64,000 nucleotides of DNA from NCBI GenBank assembly GCA_011109175.1, contig RDEW01000038.1:491155-555154 (forward strand). Direction: 5' to 3'. The position numbers and the translations under genes were made by a program. This stretch comes from Dicyema japonicum (Eukaryota > Animalia > Dicyemida). A model generated the notes under the pieces. It worked only from the letters and a program-made list of their open reading frames with translations, was not told the DNA's origin and made no database searches. Below, one piece after another: positions 50,679-63,200 of this stretch; the first letter of the stretch is position 1, and every line of letters begins with the position of its first letter.

Positions 50679-52232
50679 ATGAATATTTGGAACGAGGCTC
50701 GGAATGAGAGAAAGAAGATCCGTGAGATCATGCAACAACATCGCAAAAAGACGGAAAATAACCGTAAATCAATCGCAAAGAACGTTTGGTGGTGAGTTTT
50801 AAATACAGAATCCTCCTCCTCAGCAATTCCTTCGAATTAACGGAAATGCAATGAAAATCTTCTGCGATCCTGAAATCACGTTCGAAGCTGAATCCTCGAA
50901 AACCCTGTTTTCTATTTTAATCAAGCACAGAATCGTCTGGGAAGGAGACGGGGAGACAATAATCGACAGATTCGACGGGAGAGCATACCTGGATTCCTCA
51001 TTTTTGGGAGGTTGCTGTGAGGAGGCTAACAACCCGACCTTGGAGGAGGAACTAAAGTGCAACTATGAAGCTTACAAAATAATCATTCAAAACGAAGCCA
51101 CTAACAGTTTCACGATTAGCTTTCATTTCTAGTCGGTGAGGACTTTTTCCTCGCCCAGTTGGCGGAACAGGATTCCTTTTACCAGCCACAAAAGCCAAAG
51201 GAGAGGAAAAGGGCTCAGATATACTATGATTATGACGGCACGTGTAAAATTGAGGAGAAACCTTCTAACAAGGGTGTTTACTGGCATTTACTTGAAGTCT
51301 GTGAAGATTTTGTTCCCACATGTTTCGAGAGTATCGTTCAGCTGAATTCCTGCGGTAGACGCTACGGAATTGTCGGCCAGGACTTTTACAAGTTGATTAT
51401 CTGAATTTACAGAGTCTTCTTGTGTTCGATAAAAACGAGAAGCCCGTAAAACATAATTCCGCGATCTCTGAGGAATTCAAGCCTAATCAAGGATCCTCCA
51501 TGCTTAAATCCGAGAAATACCAAGCCAGGGATAAAATTAGCAGTTTAATGCAGCTTTACGACCATTCTTGGTATGTGAGGGTCTAATTTTCAGTAAACAT
51601 GAGACTAAACAACCAGTAAAGAAACAAAAACGGGAACAATCCAGTTTAACCTATATCAGCAGCTTTGGGGGAGAGAATGAGGACGAGATTACCGAGGATC
51701 CCTTATTTGATGGCTACGTGGTGGCTGACATGTTTGGAGTTTGTTATATTTAAGCAATTCTCCACCTACTCAGATTCAGGAGGAGACTGTGGTTCGGAAA
51801 TATCGACGAACCCCTTCGATTAGCTCGGAAGACGAAATATGGCGTGGAGTTTTGTCTTCCAATGAGTTTGTTGGGTTCCTTCAGTGATAGACCCGCCAAA
51901 GAAAGGATAAAAATCACCACCATCGAGAATATGAGTTATGGGGACATTTCAGGACTTCCTGTACCGAAAGCAGAAGGACAGCTAACTAACCAAAGTCGTT
52001 TTGACCATTTTATTAATATCATCTCTATCAGTTTATGAGCAAAGTCGACTGAAGACGAAAGGTCGCACGGGACTCGTCACAGCAAAAGGGTTTGCTTGTA
52101 TTTACTTACAATAGGACCGGCATTATAGGTAGTGTTGTCTGGATGTAGTTGAGGGACCAAAGTCACCGTAGAGGACCGGAAGGATATAGTAAATCTGGCC
52201 GTGACGAATATGGACGGAGAATGAGAAGATGA
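50679..52232 (+). CDS. CLASRP: CLK4-associating serine/arginine-rich protein (SFRS16), DRY_EERY domain; multi-exon, 3' end approximate
   Basis: WNEARNERKKIREIM, PQQFLRING, VWEGD..IIDRFDGRAYLD, KCNYEAYKIIIQNE, AQIYYDYD, YGIVGQDF, LTYISSFGG. Introns 50784-50808 (25 nt) and 50907-50930 (24 nt). Confidence 0.85.
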
Positions 52233-52331
52233 TTTTTGACTTTGATTTTTAAATTTCTGAATAGAAAAATGCTTGTTATATTTTTGTATTTTTCTTTTAT
52301 AGTTTTGAGATATTTAATTTAAATAATTTAA

Positions 52332-52838
52332 ATGTTTTGCAGAAGAAGCGCCGGAAGGGGACCACGTCATGCTGCTCTGAACGATGTGATCGTCAGAGCT
52401 CTGAAGGCTACAGGCTTCCCAGCACAGCTTGAACCAGTGGGTCTTGATCGAGGAGATGGGAAGAGACCTGACGGGATGACCCTTTTCCCCTTCACGTCTG
52501 GAAGATCTTTGGTCTGGGACGCAACTTGTGTAGACACGTTCTCAAGCACGAATATTTTCAAATCGGTTCAGACACCTGGAGCAGCTGCTTCGACTGCGGA
52601 GAACCTAAAAATCAAGAAATATTCTTGCCTCGGGGATCGCTACCGATTTACTCCTGTTGCGACCGAATCATCGGGAGCCGTTGGTCCAATGACGGCTGAG
52701 TTCTTGCGAGAACTCGGAGGATTGCTTGCCAGAAAGAAAAGGGATCAACGAGAAGGGTTATGGCTAAGACAAAAAATTGGAATAGCCATACTCCGAGGGA
52801 ACTCGTTCGCAATCCACGCAGCAGGCTTCCTCAACTGA
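52332..52838 (+). mobile_element. CRE-like non-LTR retrotransposon, 5'-truncated, intact restriction-like endonuclease domain
   Basis: CRRSAGRGPRH (zinc knuckle end), KRPDGMT, VWDATCVD, KIKKY, PVATESSG, QKIGIAILRGN: a PD-(D/E)xK RLE signature. Confidence 0.85.
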
Positions 52839-53019
52839 CATTTGTTTAATTGTTAAAATAATTATTCATTTAAATTTGTTTGTGCTGATTGTTTGTACCG
52901 ATATTAGATTATTAGTGGTCGGGCGTGTTGTTTTGGAAATTTAAGGTCGGCATCGCGACTCCTTTCGAATGGAGTCACCCAGGGATCACCCCTTTATTAT
53001 TTAACGTATTGCAGCAGAT

Positions 53020-53290
53020 CTTCTTATATGGATCTTTTTACCTTCTCTCTGACCAAATCCACTGGTGAAGATTACCATTATGAAAGCCTAAAATAAAGTG
53101 TTTTCCGCGACGATAGACGTGTGATGTAAGTGGAAGAGGGAAGACTTACTTTTCCACCTCTTCTTAGAAGTGGAAGCCTGTAATGGACAATTGATGATGT
53201 ATTTGGTAGGCACAAGCAGACGTCTCTCTTGCTTCCTTTTTTGGATTAATTAGTTGTGACTGTTTGTAGTGGCTTAAGTTGTTGGAAATA
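53020..53290 (+). mobile_element. SINE-like element family B, 5'-truncated copy
   Basis: Matches 60505-60775 (GGATCTT..CTGACCAAA, GACTTACTT..CCACCTC, AAGCCTGTAATG, GGCACAAGCAGA, AATTAGTT.TGACTGTTTGT). Confidence 0.7.
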
Positions 53291-53554
53291 AAAGTCTAAT
53301 AAATGGACAAGTAGCTGTCAAGGGAAACAGCCACTCTTTTAGCTGGATATTTGATAATTGTATTGATTTAAAAAAAAATTTCATGTTAAGTTAGTAAAAA
53401 ATTTATTTTGTAGAGGATAAGATTACTTATAAAATATCACCATTTCATCACTGTCTACTACTTCTTAGTATTTGACTTCCAAGCAATCAAACGAGTCTCT
53501 TTTTCGTATTTATAAAATAAATATCTTTGAATTCCTCCTAAAGCCTTATATTTC

Positions 53555-53865
53555 ACCGAGAAGCATCGACTGGTTCTTATGAGTTAAGTTGTTTAATTTT
53601 TATTCTTTCACGGTTTGAGTGAGACGTATCCTTTCTAAGCATCCGCCATTTTAGCCTCTCTATTGGAATAACATTGAGTGAGATCCTTTTTTGATGCTGA
53701 CCAGGTAGAAGAGAGAGATCTGTCTCTTGACGGATGGATAAAATGACGCCTCTTAAGAATTAAGGAAAGAAAGAGCAGAAAAGAATCCTTCAGTTAGTTT
53801 GGTATCGGTGAGGGAATCGTGCCTGCGGCCAATCGGGACGCGAGCGTAACATCCATCACAATACC
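53555..53865 (-). mobile_element. SINE-like element, family A (diverged)
   Basis: Reverse complement carries TTTCTGCTCT and GAGGCGTCATTT as in 22955-23000, plus a degenerate tRNA-like head. Confidence 0.55.
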
Positions 53866-54639
53866 TCTATATTTATTAAAGTGAAATTAAAAATTCCAAA
53901 GACCAAATTACAACAAACTAACAACTCACGTGGTTAGGACACACAGAGGCCTCATCTTGACACGATGCTCCTTCGTCGAGTTCACAGATACAACTAACGG
54001 GCATGCCACTCGGTTCTTTCTGATAAACAATACCATATCATCCTAGAAGTGATATGTTCAAATAAGAATGAACAAAAATATTCAAAATTTCTGAGAATAC
54101 GAATGAAAAATGTCGTATATGAATAATAAAACTAACACAAGTAATGATAGTTGTTTAGAAAATTGATATTTCCTCGGATAGAAAGTCCATTTGTGAGGCC
54201 TAGGTGTACATTGGGGAAACTCCTATTCTGAAGCCAGGAAATAAAAGATTCTCGAAGTTACCTAAGACTCTTTAATGAACCTCTCTCATCGCGCAGAAGT
54301 CTTGACCAAGGGACTGTGGAAGTTGAATTTATTGAAGTCAATTATAAAGAAGTGCCAGTTCCCTCCTGTGAACTGCATATTTAGATTCTATAACTAGGTC
54401 ATCGTTCCAATAATTAAATATGCCTCTCGCGTGAAGATTTGCGATATCTTCCACCAAACTCAACAAACTAAATTCAATCAGACAGAAAACTACACGTTTG
54501 CATCCCACATTATTACAACTTCCCTTCCGAATCTTCTTTCAGAAGAGTCCATGAGTAACCATGGTCACGGTTTCCAGTGTTTCTGCAAAGAACCAGGAAA
54601 CTCATTTGGTATGGGATTGCTCGAGCAGAGAAACGTCGA

Positions 54640-55960
54640 CTGACCCTAAAGAAGGACACCCCGATCGAGTTCTTTTGTAGGAATTTGCGGGGATCTACCG
54701 TTACACTGATTAAAGTCTATAATTTATTCATAAACCACAATTCGACTCCAACGTTATGGAAACTCGAAAACATCCGGCTTATATTGAAAAAGGGAAAACC
54801 GAAAAAAGACCCGACTTCATTCAGACCAGTACAAAATTTTGGAGAAGCTCGTCCTTGTGAAAATCAAGGACTTTCTTCCTGATAGAAGTTCAGCATGGAT
54901 TAAAAAAGACCGATCAACCACCTCATCTAATTTCACTGAGCAACTTCCTTCACTCTGGCTTCTTCAACAACCCAGACATCAGAAGACCGTTCTATGCACA
55001 ATGGATATATATAGAACTTCGACTCCATTCCCAGGAAGAATCTTACTTGAAAAATATTCCAGACAGACATTCCTGGAATTTCAAACTCTGACTTGCTAAC
55101 TTTCTTATCGGACGGAGGGGGCGAGTATGCCTTGTTAACATTCGATCAGTCTCTCTCGACTATTTCCTAATGAAACACCCCAGGGTTCACCACGTTCCCC
55201 GCTACTTTTAAAATTATTCTTGACTGAAATCTCGCTACCAAGTAAAAAAAAGATCTTCTTTTGACTTATGCAGATGATATAATTTTAGCATCATGGGATC
55301 AAGACGTCCAGTTAGCCAGGAAGAGATTACAACATTCCGTGATCTGTTTGCTTATGCGGCTGACAATCAGCAGAGAAATCAGTTACATCAATGTTCACAA
55401 CGGACAAGAAGATACAAACAAGTCAATTGAAATAGAAGCAGACTGGGAAACATTTACATATAAGAAATAGCAAAAGATCCTGGGAGTGATCTATGACACG
55501 CATATGTGCTTTCATAGCACGTTGGAAATTTGCTAAACAAATATGAAAAAATCAAACTGCTGAAAAGTCTAACGGGGTAGTGGAAAATCGGGAACCATCC
55601 CATAGTAAAAACACTTCACTCTCAGTACATTGAGTCCTGCATTTGCTAAGCATGTGCTCCATGAGGACCTTACATCTCTTGAACTAATGCACAGAAATTT
55701 GCGACACATAAAAAAGGCTTTTGGGGTGACAACGAAGTGGTCTATGAACGAAAATAACATGATGTATGCACCCTTGAAGATTCTTATATGAAGGAATAGA
55801 GGAGACCTGATCAAACGTGATCAGTTGAACACCCGACCCCAACGAGCTTGTGTAAGATCGAGGATTAAATTTTTCGCGATCACTTAGTCTGCTTTTTGGA
55901 ATAAAGGTTTGATTTGATATGAAGGTCCTTAAGCAAAAGTTGCTCAAACACATTATAACC
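54640..55960 (+). mobile_element. Degenerate Jockey/I-like non-LTR retrotransposon (RT and C-terminus)
   Basis: KKGKPKKDPTSFRP, PQGSP..PLLF, TYADDII, KILGVIYD. Confidence 0.8.
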
Positions 55961-56559
55961 TACTCAAAATAAGAGGTGACGAAATTCCCAATAAAAAGTG
56001 TAATGCAGGATCCCCATCTACCTCATCCTTATTGTCGGTTAGAATCAGTTGGACTATCATTCATTCACATTAAGTAATCTTGTGACAATAAATAAAGCGA
56101 TAAAGTAATTAATAACCAAGTCAAAGAGAACTACAGTCTAATTACCAGTAGGAGGAAATGACTGTTCCGAATCTTTGTTAATAAATGATGATTCACTCAC
56201 TGAGCTTCTCTTTGATAGTTGAACTCCTGGAACTAACATATTGGACATTATTTGAAGGATTTCTGATATGTCTTTTAGTTCTATCATTATATCATAACGA
56301 TTATGCCTTTAATTTCCCTCGTCAACTTGCTTTTGTCCAATGTAGTTCTTTGACTGATTTTCATTGGGAATATCACCAAAATGAATAAAAGCATCATCGA
56401 CCAATCTTGATTATTTCCATATTTATATTAAATGAAAGAATTTAGATATTTATGTACGAAATGTGTTCAATGAATATAAACTTTTGTGTGATGACTTTAA
56501 CATTCATAAATTTTAGTATTCTCTTGAGTTTATTTATTTTAAAAAAGGATAAAGTTAGT

Positions 56560-57334
56560 TGTTATGACAAGGCCTCCATTATGGCCTGCAGACATTGAGC
56601 ACGCAATCGGAGTTACCTCTCATGATCGTGACCCCGATGTTCTGGAAGAGCCTCGGCTTAATGTCGAAAGGTAGCCAATAACAATAATCTTAGATTAAAA
56701 GTGAAACTAGAAAATTATGTTTTATATTTATTCTTTATAACAGGATCAGTAGTAAAAATGAAGAGGATATCCTCAACGGAGTAATTTTAAACGAAAGAAG
56801 AGAGATCGAAGTGTGGGAGAAAGGATCTTGAACCTTTGTCTATAAGTATGTTTGTTGATGATGTATAATCTAATTTATGAGGATGTGAAGCGCTCTCTTG
56901 AGACGGCTGGATTCCCGTGGAACCGGTGGGCCTGGATCGTGGAGATGGAAAGTGCCCAGACAGGATAACTGTCTTCCCCTTCTCTTGGAGAAATGCTTGA
57001 TTTGGGATAGGGCCTGTACCGACATTTTTTCACAGTCGAGACTTGCTGGTTCCGCGCTGAAAGCTGGAGAGGCTGCTCGGATTTTCGAGAATTTCAAGAT
57101 AAAAAATACGACAGCCTCTCCACAAGATTCCATGTTCAGCCCACTGTTGTCGAGTGGAGTCTTCGTGCCCAAAACGGTCTCTTTTCTAGGATCGCTTTGG
57201 TCAATGATTTCGAAAGTTAGCAATGAGCGTCGGGAAACCGAATGGTTATTCCAAAGGATTTCTCTGACAGTGATCAGTGAAAACAACCATTCCATTCTAT
57301 CAGCTGGATTATTTTGATTGTCTTGTTTCGTCAT
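56560..57334 (-). CDS. Unidentified candidate gene
   Basis: 154-codon ORF with ATG directly after an AT-rich leader and coding-like composition; a possible downstream exon at 56580-56690. No domain recognised. Confidence 0.3.
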
Positions 57335-57559
57335 AAATTGTTTTTTTTTATTTATTAATTTCGGAACAAGTTCATAGGATTTAATTTAGACCTTTTAATT
57401 AATGTTACTTCGATCACTTTATGAGTTAAATGATCAATTAAAAAAAAAAAAAAAAAAAAATGATCAATAAATACACTATGTATTTTAATAACGGAAAAAA
57501 ATGGAATTTTCACAAATCACTTGTTGAAAGAGAAAACTTCTGCATATGGCTATGCGTAC

Positions 57560-58235
57560 ATTATGGATAGACAGAATGTCATATATTGGAGATGTGAGCA
57601 GAAAGGAAAATGCAGAGGCAGAGTAAGAAACTGATTAACGAAGAATTTAATGGAACTATGACACCACACGAACATCCACTAAATGCAGGACGTTTACATG
57701 CGCTGAAAACCGTCAATACGATAAAGAAGAGAGCGAGAGATTCTGAAAAACTACATCCACAGTTATCCAAATTGTTTAAGCACATACCCTATTGATTTCT
57801 TTTTTGTGCGCTACCCAAAAAGAGATGACGAGACTGATGACGTGTTGGGAGATTTTCTGACCTATTTGAAACAACATGGATCGGAGCCTTGCAACGTGGA
57901 AGGAAAAGAATACCATTGTTTAGTTTGGAAATGTGGAATGTACACGACAGACAGGCAGAAGGCCTCCCAAGAACTACGAATTCACTTGAAGGATGGCACA
58001 GATCTTTTTCACAAAGAGTGTCTATAAAAACATCCGACCGTTTGTCGGCTTGTTGCAAAAATACGAAAAGAACAGTCAGAGTGGGAGGTCACAGTAGAAC
58101 AAGTGATAGCCGGAATAACAATAAGACAAGTAAAAAAGTACCAGAATGTGAACAAAAATATAAACAGTATTATTGAAAAATATGATGAATACACTCCAGT
58201 AGAATTTTTGAGTGCGCTTTCTCATAACCTTTAAG
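57560..58235 (+). mobile_element. Mutator-like (MULE) transposase remnant
   Basis: WNVHDR...PRTTNSLEGWHRSF motif typical of MULE C-terminal regions. The central DDE region is missing. Confidence 0.65.
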
Positions 58236-58391
58236 TAAATATTAACTGTTTTACCTACAGAACAATGAGTATTGATGTAACTTTTTAACTCACCTTATTT
58301 GATGATCTTGAATTTTATCTCTGAATTTTAAAACCAGAATTTCCTGTCGGCCAAATATCTGGACACCGTTAAAAACGGTCGATTATCTACA

Positions 58392-60036
58392 TTCCATGTG
58401 CATTGGAACAGTAGTAAAGAATATTAAAATTTTAAATGCATGCAGTTAACTAGAAAGTACTAATGCATAACTCTCTACGCACAACTGTTTTATCTCAGTG
58501 CTTTGGAACCTCAAGATCTTCTATATTATAAAATACTAAATGTGTGCATTAAAATGTGTATGTGTATCTCTTTGTACGCAATAGGTTTTGGGAAAAAACA
58601 ATTTTTATATGTGTGCACAAATCAGCAGGGTGGAGCAATGTAAAGAGTTCAGGGAAAGAGGCCTGATTGCCCCTAGTTCTAATCTCATTGCTGAAAATCC
58701 CGGTTGAAGGATCCAAGCATCTAAGATGCTTTGCTTTAACATAGGTCCTCCAGAGCCGTGGGGTCTAGATAGAAAAAATTGCAGGCGAGTAAATGTTCCG
58801 TTGTTTTTCAACGGAGTTACATGCTTGAAAAATTTCGTCTTTTATAGACTATTTTATAAAAGTTAGAGATGAAATTTTTGTAAGTCCAAATCGTAACCTT
58901 GCCAGATCAACATGTACACCATGCGGGAGTTTTGATTCGAAATCACTTTTCGGAGGAAACATTTAAGTACTTTGTCTACTCTGAGAGTGTTGATCGATCA
59001 GCTTGCAATTTTAATTTAAAGCCGACAGAAGATATATCGAAATGTCGGAGACAGGATCTTGAACCGCTCTTTAAAATTTGGTTTGGGTTGATGTTGTATA
59101 ATTTAATTTATTAATTCCAAAGAATAATCATCTAAATTGATTGATCCCTGTTTTATATACCAAGCATTCGCCTGTTGTTAATTTCGGAATCATGGAATAA
59201 AGGGAAAGTTTTCTTTTGGTATCTCGAGTGGTCTTCCAGATATAAATTGACTTCCAACCCAAGGGGATATTCAGGAGACTTATTATTATTTATTTTAAAA
59301 TCCCAAGACCACCAAGAAATAATTAACTCGCTAAATTAAGTGATCCCAGCCTCCAACATTTCTCGAATTCCCTTTGAATCCTCTGCCAGTGAACCAACAG
59401 CGTTTCTGAAGTGTTTTCTTTTATTTCTGCAGAAGAATTTAATCGGAGTGCACTTTTGTAATGCCGATCTGAATTCCTCCGCATGAACCACCCTCTCTCT
59501 GAATGGGTTTCCTAGATCATTGCACATACGTAGCCTGGCCATTTCTCACCGACGCCTCCTCTGAAAGGAAGACTTAAGGATTTGAAGAAGTCTAGATGGT
59601 GTTCCGTGATGTATTCTATGGTTGGTTCAATAATCAATGCTCAATTAGATTTTATTCGCACGGGAGATCTCTTCTAGAGCTACTGGATATTTGAAGGAAT
59701 CTCGCTCGCCATCCAGAGAGGGAATAGCAGTCTGGACGGCTACTTTATGACCCTCTGTTGATGTTTCTAATAAATAAATTTAATTTTTATTTTTAAAATA
59801 AAATGTGAATAAATTAATTTTTTAAACACATTTTTAATTACAATTTATACTTAGTCCTTTGGAATTAATGCTACTCCGATCGATCCATGTGGATTGGAAA
59901 AGTGTGTAGTCAACTAGAATCTCTCACTCACAATTTTAAAGCTCGTGCGATTGTTTTTTTCTTAGTGCTTTTGAACCTCCAGATCTTCTATATTATAAAA
60001 TACTAAATTTGTGCTTGATAATGTGTACGTGTATCC
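58392..60036 (+). repeat. Two imperfect direct repeats (58392-58570, 59884-60036) with Helitron-like terminal motifs
   Basis: Both contain TCCATGTG.ATTGGAA, AACTAG and AGATCTTCTATATTATAAAATACTAAAT.TGTGC. The interior includes a LINE 3' end at 59331-59570. Confidence 0.55.
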
Positions 60037-60352
60037 TTTTTTTACCCTATGATCACCGGATTAGAAAAAGTTAAAAGTTAACTACTAACTAAGTGATCCC
60101 GATTTTCCGGGTTCTGGCTCTCGAAGATCCAACAAAATTGGTAAAAACGGGGACGGTCACATTCTCCATAGATTCTACGCATTTTCTAGATAGTCAGATA
60201 TAGAGAGTGAAAGTGGACAGCTGGTTTTCATTGCCCATTGTAGAAATGACTTGACTCTTTATTTTATATGTTCATTCAATACGTTATTCACAGTTTTCTT
60301 ATTAATTATTTTCAAGGCAGCAAATTGTGCGGCTTCTAATTTTTGAAACGAC

Positions 60353-60780
60353 GATTGGTTTTCTGGCTGAATGTAACACGTCTGATGACATCGGATCTGA
60401 AGGTCGTGGGTTCAAATCCGAAAGATGGAGTTTTCAGCGAAAGGTCAATTCTTGTAAAACAGATCCCACCCGTGAGGCGACGAGTCCTTCTGGCACGACA
60501 CGGTTGTTAAAAGGGATCTTCCTAACTTTCTTCCTGACCAAACCCTCTGATAAAGATTGCATTATGAAAACTATTCTGCTAAAAAATGAAGTGATGTCCG
60601 CGACGGTAGGACGTGGGACAAAAATGAAAAGGGCGGACTTACTTCTCCACCTCTCTTCGGAAGCGAAAGCCTGTAATGAAGTATTGGAAGATGGATTTGG
60701 TCGGCACAAGCAGATGTTCTCCCTTTGGTTCCTCCTTTGAATTAGTTAGTTATGACTGTTTGTGCTGGGCTTACAATAGT
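60353..60780 (+). mobile_element. tRNA-headed SINE-like element, family B (near full length)
   Basis: Head TGGCTGAATG..GGTCGTGGGTTCAAATCC (A/B boxes). Body matches 53020-53290. Confidence 0.7.
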
Positions 60781-60799
60781 ATGCCTGAGGTTAATAATA

Positions 60800-62297
60800 C
60801 AGTCCGACCCCGAATTGGGGCACCAAGTGCCTCAAAAACAGGGGTTTAATAAAACAGAGATTTTAAACATCAAAAATCAATTTTAGAAAAATAATCAGTT
60901 AATTTATCCCCATTTATCCTTTTACTTCTTACATTTTTCATAAAATTAAGTCGAAAATCGTAAAAATTATTTGATCATTTCAGGAGATATGTAATGATTT
61001 TCTTCTCTAACTGATAAGAGAATCTTGCGTTTCTCTTAGAATTGTTTCTATGTTATCGTTTTCTAAACCTTCGTTGTAAATATTATCAACGAATTCGTCA
61101 CTTTCCCCATTCAATGTTTCGTTTACGCATTGTTGAATCATTTCTTCTGTAATGGTATCTTCAATTTTTTACGGAATCACGAATCTTTTCAATTTGATTG
61201 CCACACAATTAAATATTAAACTTGAATCAAGTTTTTCCAGCTTTTAGAAATTAGCAGAATTACATGACGAAGGTTTATTTTGTTTATCAACCGTTTGAAT
61301 TCATCATCATCCTCCTCAAAAACACAAATACTGAATCAGATAATTTGAGTAATAATCTTTAAAGGTCTTTGATAATTCCCATATCTAATGGTTGCAAATA
61401 CGGTGTTGTATTTTTTGGCAAAAATAAAAAACTCAATATTTGAGCATTCAAATAGTTTTATGACATCCCGCATTATCAAGCAATATTAATACTTTTCTGT
61501 TGATTGTATAAAATCTTTCATTTATCCGAGTCAACCAGCTCATAAATATATTTCCAGTCATCCATGCATTTTTAGAGGATTAATATGAAATTCCAAAATC
61601 TTTCACATTGAAATTTTTGAGACATCGAGGGTTTTATTTTCTCGTCAAGAATTTAAAAAACTCATTGATGTAAGTCAAGTCACATGAATTTTTTTTCTCC
61701 ACAAAGTGATTTAAATTTCAGTTCATGTCGCTTTTTTAAATCTGTCAAGCCAGCCGTTGAAGCCTTTGAAAGTATCAAATCCAATTTTTGAAGCCGTATA
61801 TAAGGCAATTTTCTTTATGAAAGGATTTGATATTGGAACCTTATCTTCGCGTAGTTTCTGAAATATTTCAAAAACTTGATCATCGAATTTAAATTTCTCA
61901 CAATAAGGCATAGGATCCTTCATCCGTGTTTACAGTTCCTTGTTCAAGAAAAGGTTACAATTGTTTTTTTTATTTCGCGAAATCATGCCTTTATTAGTTT
62001 TGTATTTTTTAATTATCTGTCTTTCAGATAATTTGTTCTTCAATATCAATTTAGCAAATCGTTAATTTTGTTTCGTAGATGATAACCATTCACAACAAAA
62101 AATGTAAATAAATGTGTAAATTAAAATTATATATTTATTAATAAAATATAATTTTATTTACTTATAATTTCATTCCCCACAATTTTATAGTGCCCCAAAA
62201 TTTCCATTTTTTATCGATTTTCCATTTTACTCTGTCAAAATGTTGGCCAAAAAAATGCCCCAAAATGCTGGGGTGCCCCACCCCTGGGGTCGGACTG
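60800..62297 (-). mobile_element. pogo/Tigger-like DNA transposon with both TIRs and TA duplication; internally deleted
   Basis: TA|CAGTCCGACCCC ... GGGGTCGGACTG|TA. CENP-B-type HTH (FKGFNGWLDRFKK). DDE region matches 26055-26800 but lacks about 200 nt. Confidence 0.92.
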
Positions 62298-62299
62298 TA

Positions 62300-62860
62300 A
62301 TAATAATTAATGTTATTCAATATACAAAATTGTCCCAAATTTCTGACCAGTAGGTTTCCTCTACTGTCTGGTTTCTGGCTTTCATACCATAATTTATGTT
62401 TGGCATTGATGTCACTGCATAGTAGTACGTTTTTGGGGTTTGAGAAATTCTGTAAGTTATGGTAATACCCACTTGGACAGGAGCTAGTAGGTGGGATATA
62501 TACATTGACAATATTTATAATTTTCCTATAAATTCTAATATTTATGCCAATTGATCCCAAAGGGTCTTCTTTTGGATAATTTTCGGATTTTGTTTGAAAT
62601 ATCTTCATACTGAATTCTATTGTATATTAGTGTCATTAGTTATCCACCAAGCTTAATCTTTCTGTCTTTACGGATAACGGAGTATCCGGGAAAGGTTGGA
62701 GTTTGTATGTTTGCTTGTAGTCTTTTGGACTAGAGCAATGTCAATTTCATTCCTATTGAGTAAGTGGCGGACTTCCAGCACCTTGTTTCGTATTCCGTTA
62801 ATATTGATCTGGACCAGGTTAATTTCAGGGCCTGGGTTGTGATTCGACGTCCCCACACAA
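62300..62860 (-). mobile_element. Non-LTR retrotransposon APE endonuclease (5' of ORF2), bounded by the pogo element
   Basis: LVQININGIRNK..DIALVQ, NVYIPP, LLCSDINAKH..W..DSRG. Confidence 0.85.
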
Positions 62861-63044
62861 AATTAGAGCGTACCTGGAAAACCATCCTCCTTCATGGATA
62901 GGGAAAGTGCAGTTCTTTTTAACATCATCTTAATAAAACTGTCATATTTAATCAGCAAAGGATTCTCTGACAAACCCAAACATCTGAAGATGATTCTTTG
63001 TTCCACAAATATTCAAGAAAGTGTTCTTAGGAAAAACTTATTAT

Positions 63045-63200
63045 TATTAGCACTTTACGAGTAAGAGAAGGAGTTGCTTGTTCCAGGCTTTTCTGTTTTT
63101 AGTTAGATCCTTCAGTCTGTCCAGGTTGTCGCCAGATGCCAATGTTTTCTTTGCGGCGTTTTTTAAAACGAACGGGAGAGTTGCTCTCGGTCTTCCAAGG
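63045..63200 (-). mobile_element. RTE 3'-end fragment
   Basis: Reverse complement of 25113-25310 (GGAAGACCGAGA..AAAACATTGGCATCT..AAAGTGCTAATAATAA). Confidence 0.75.
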
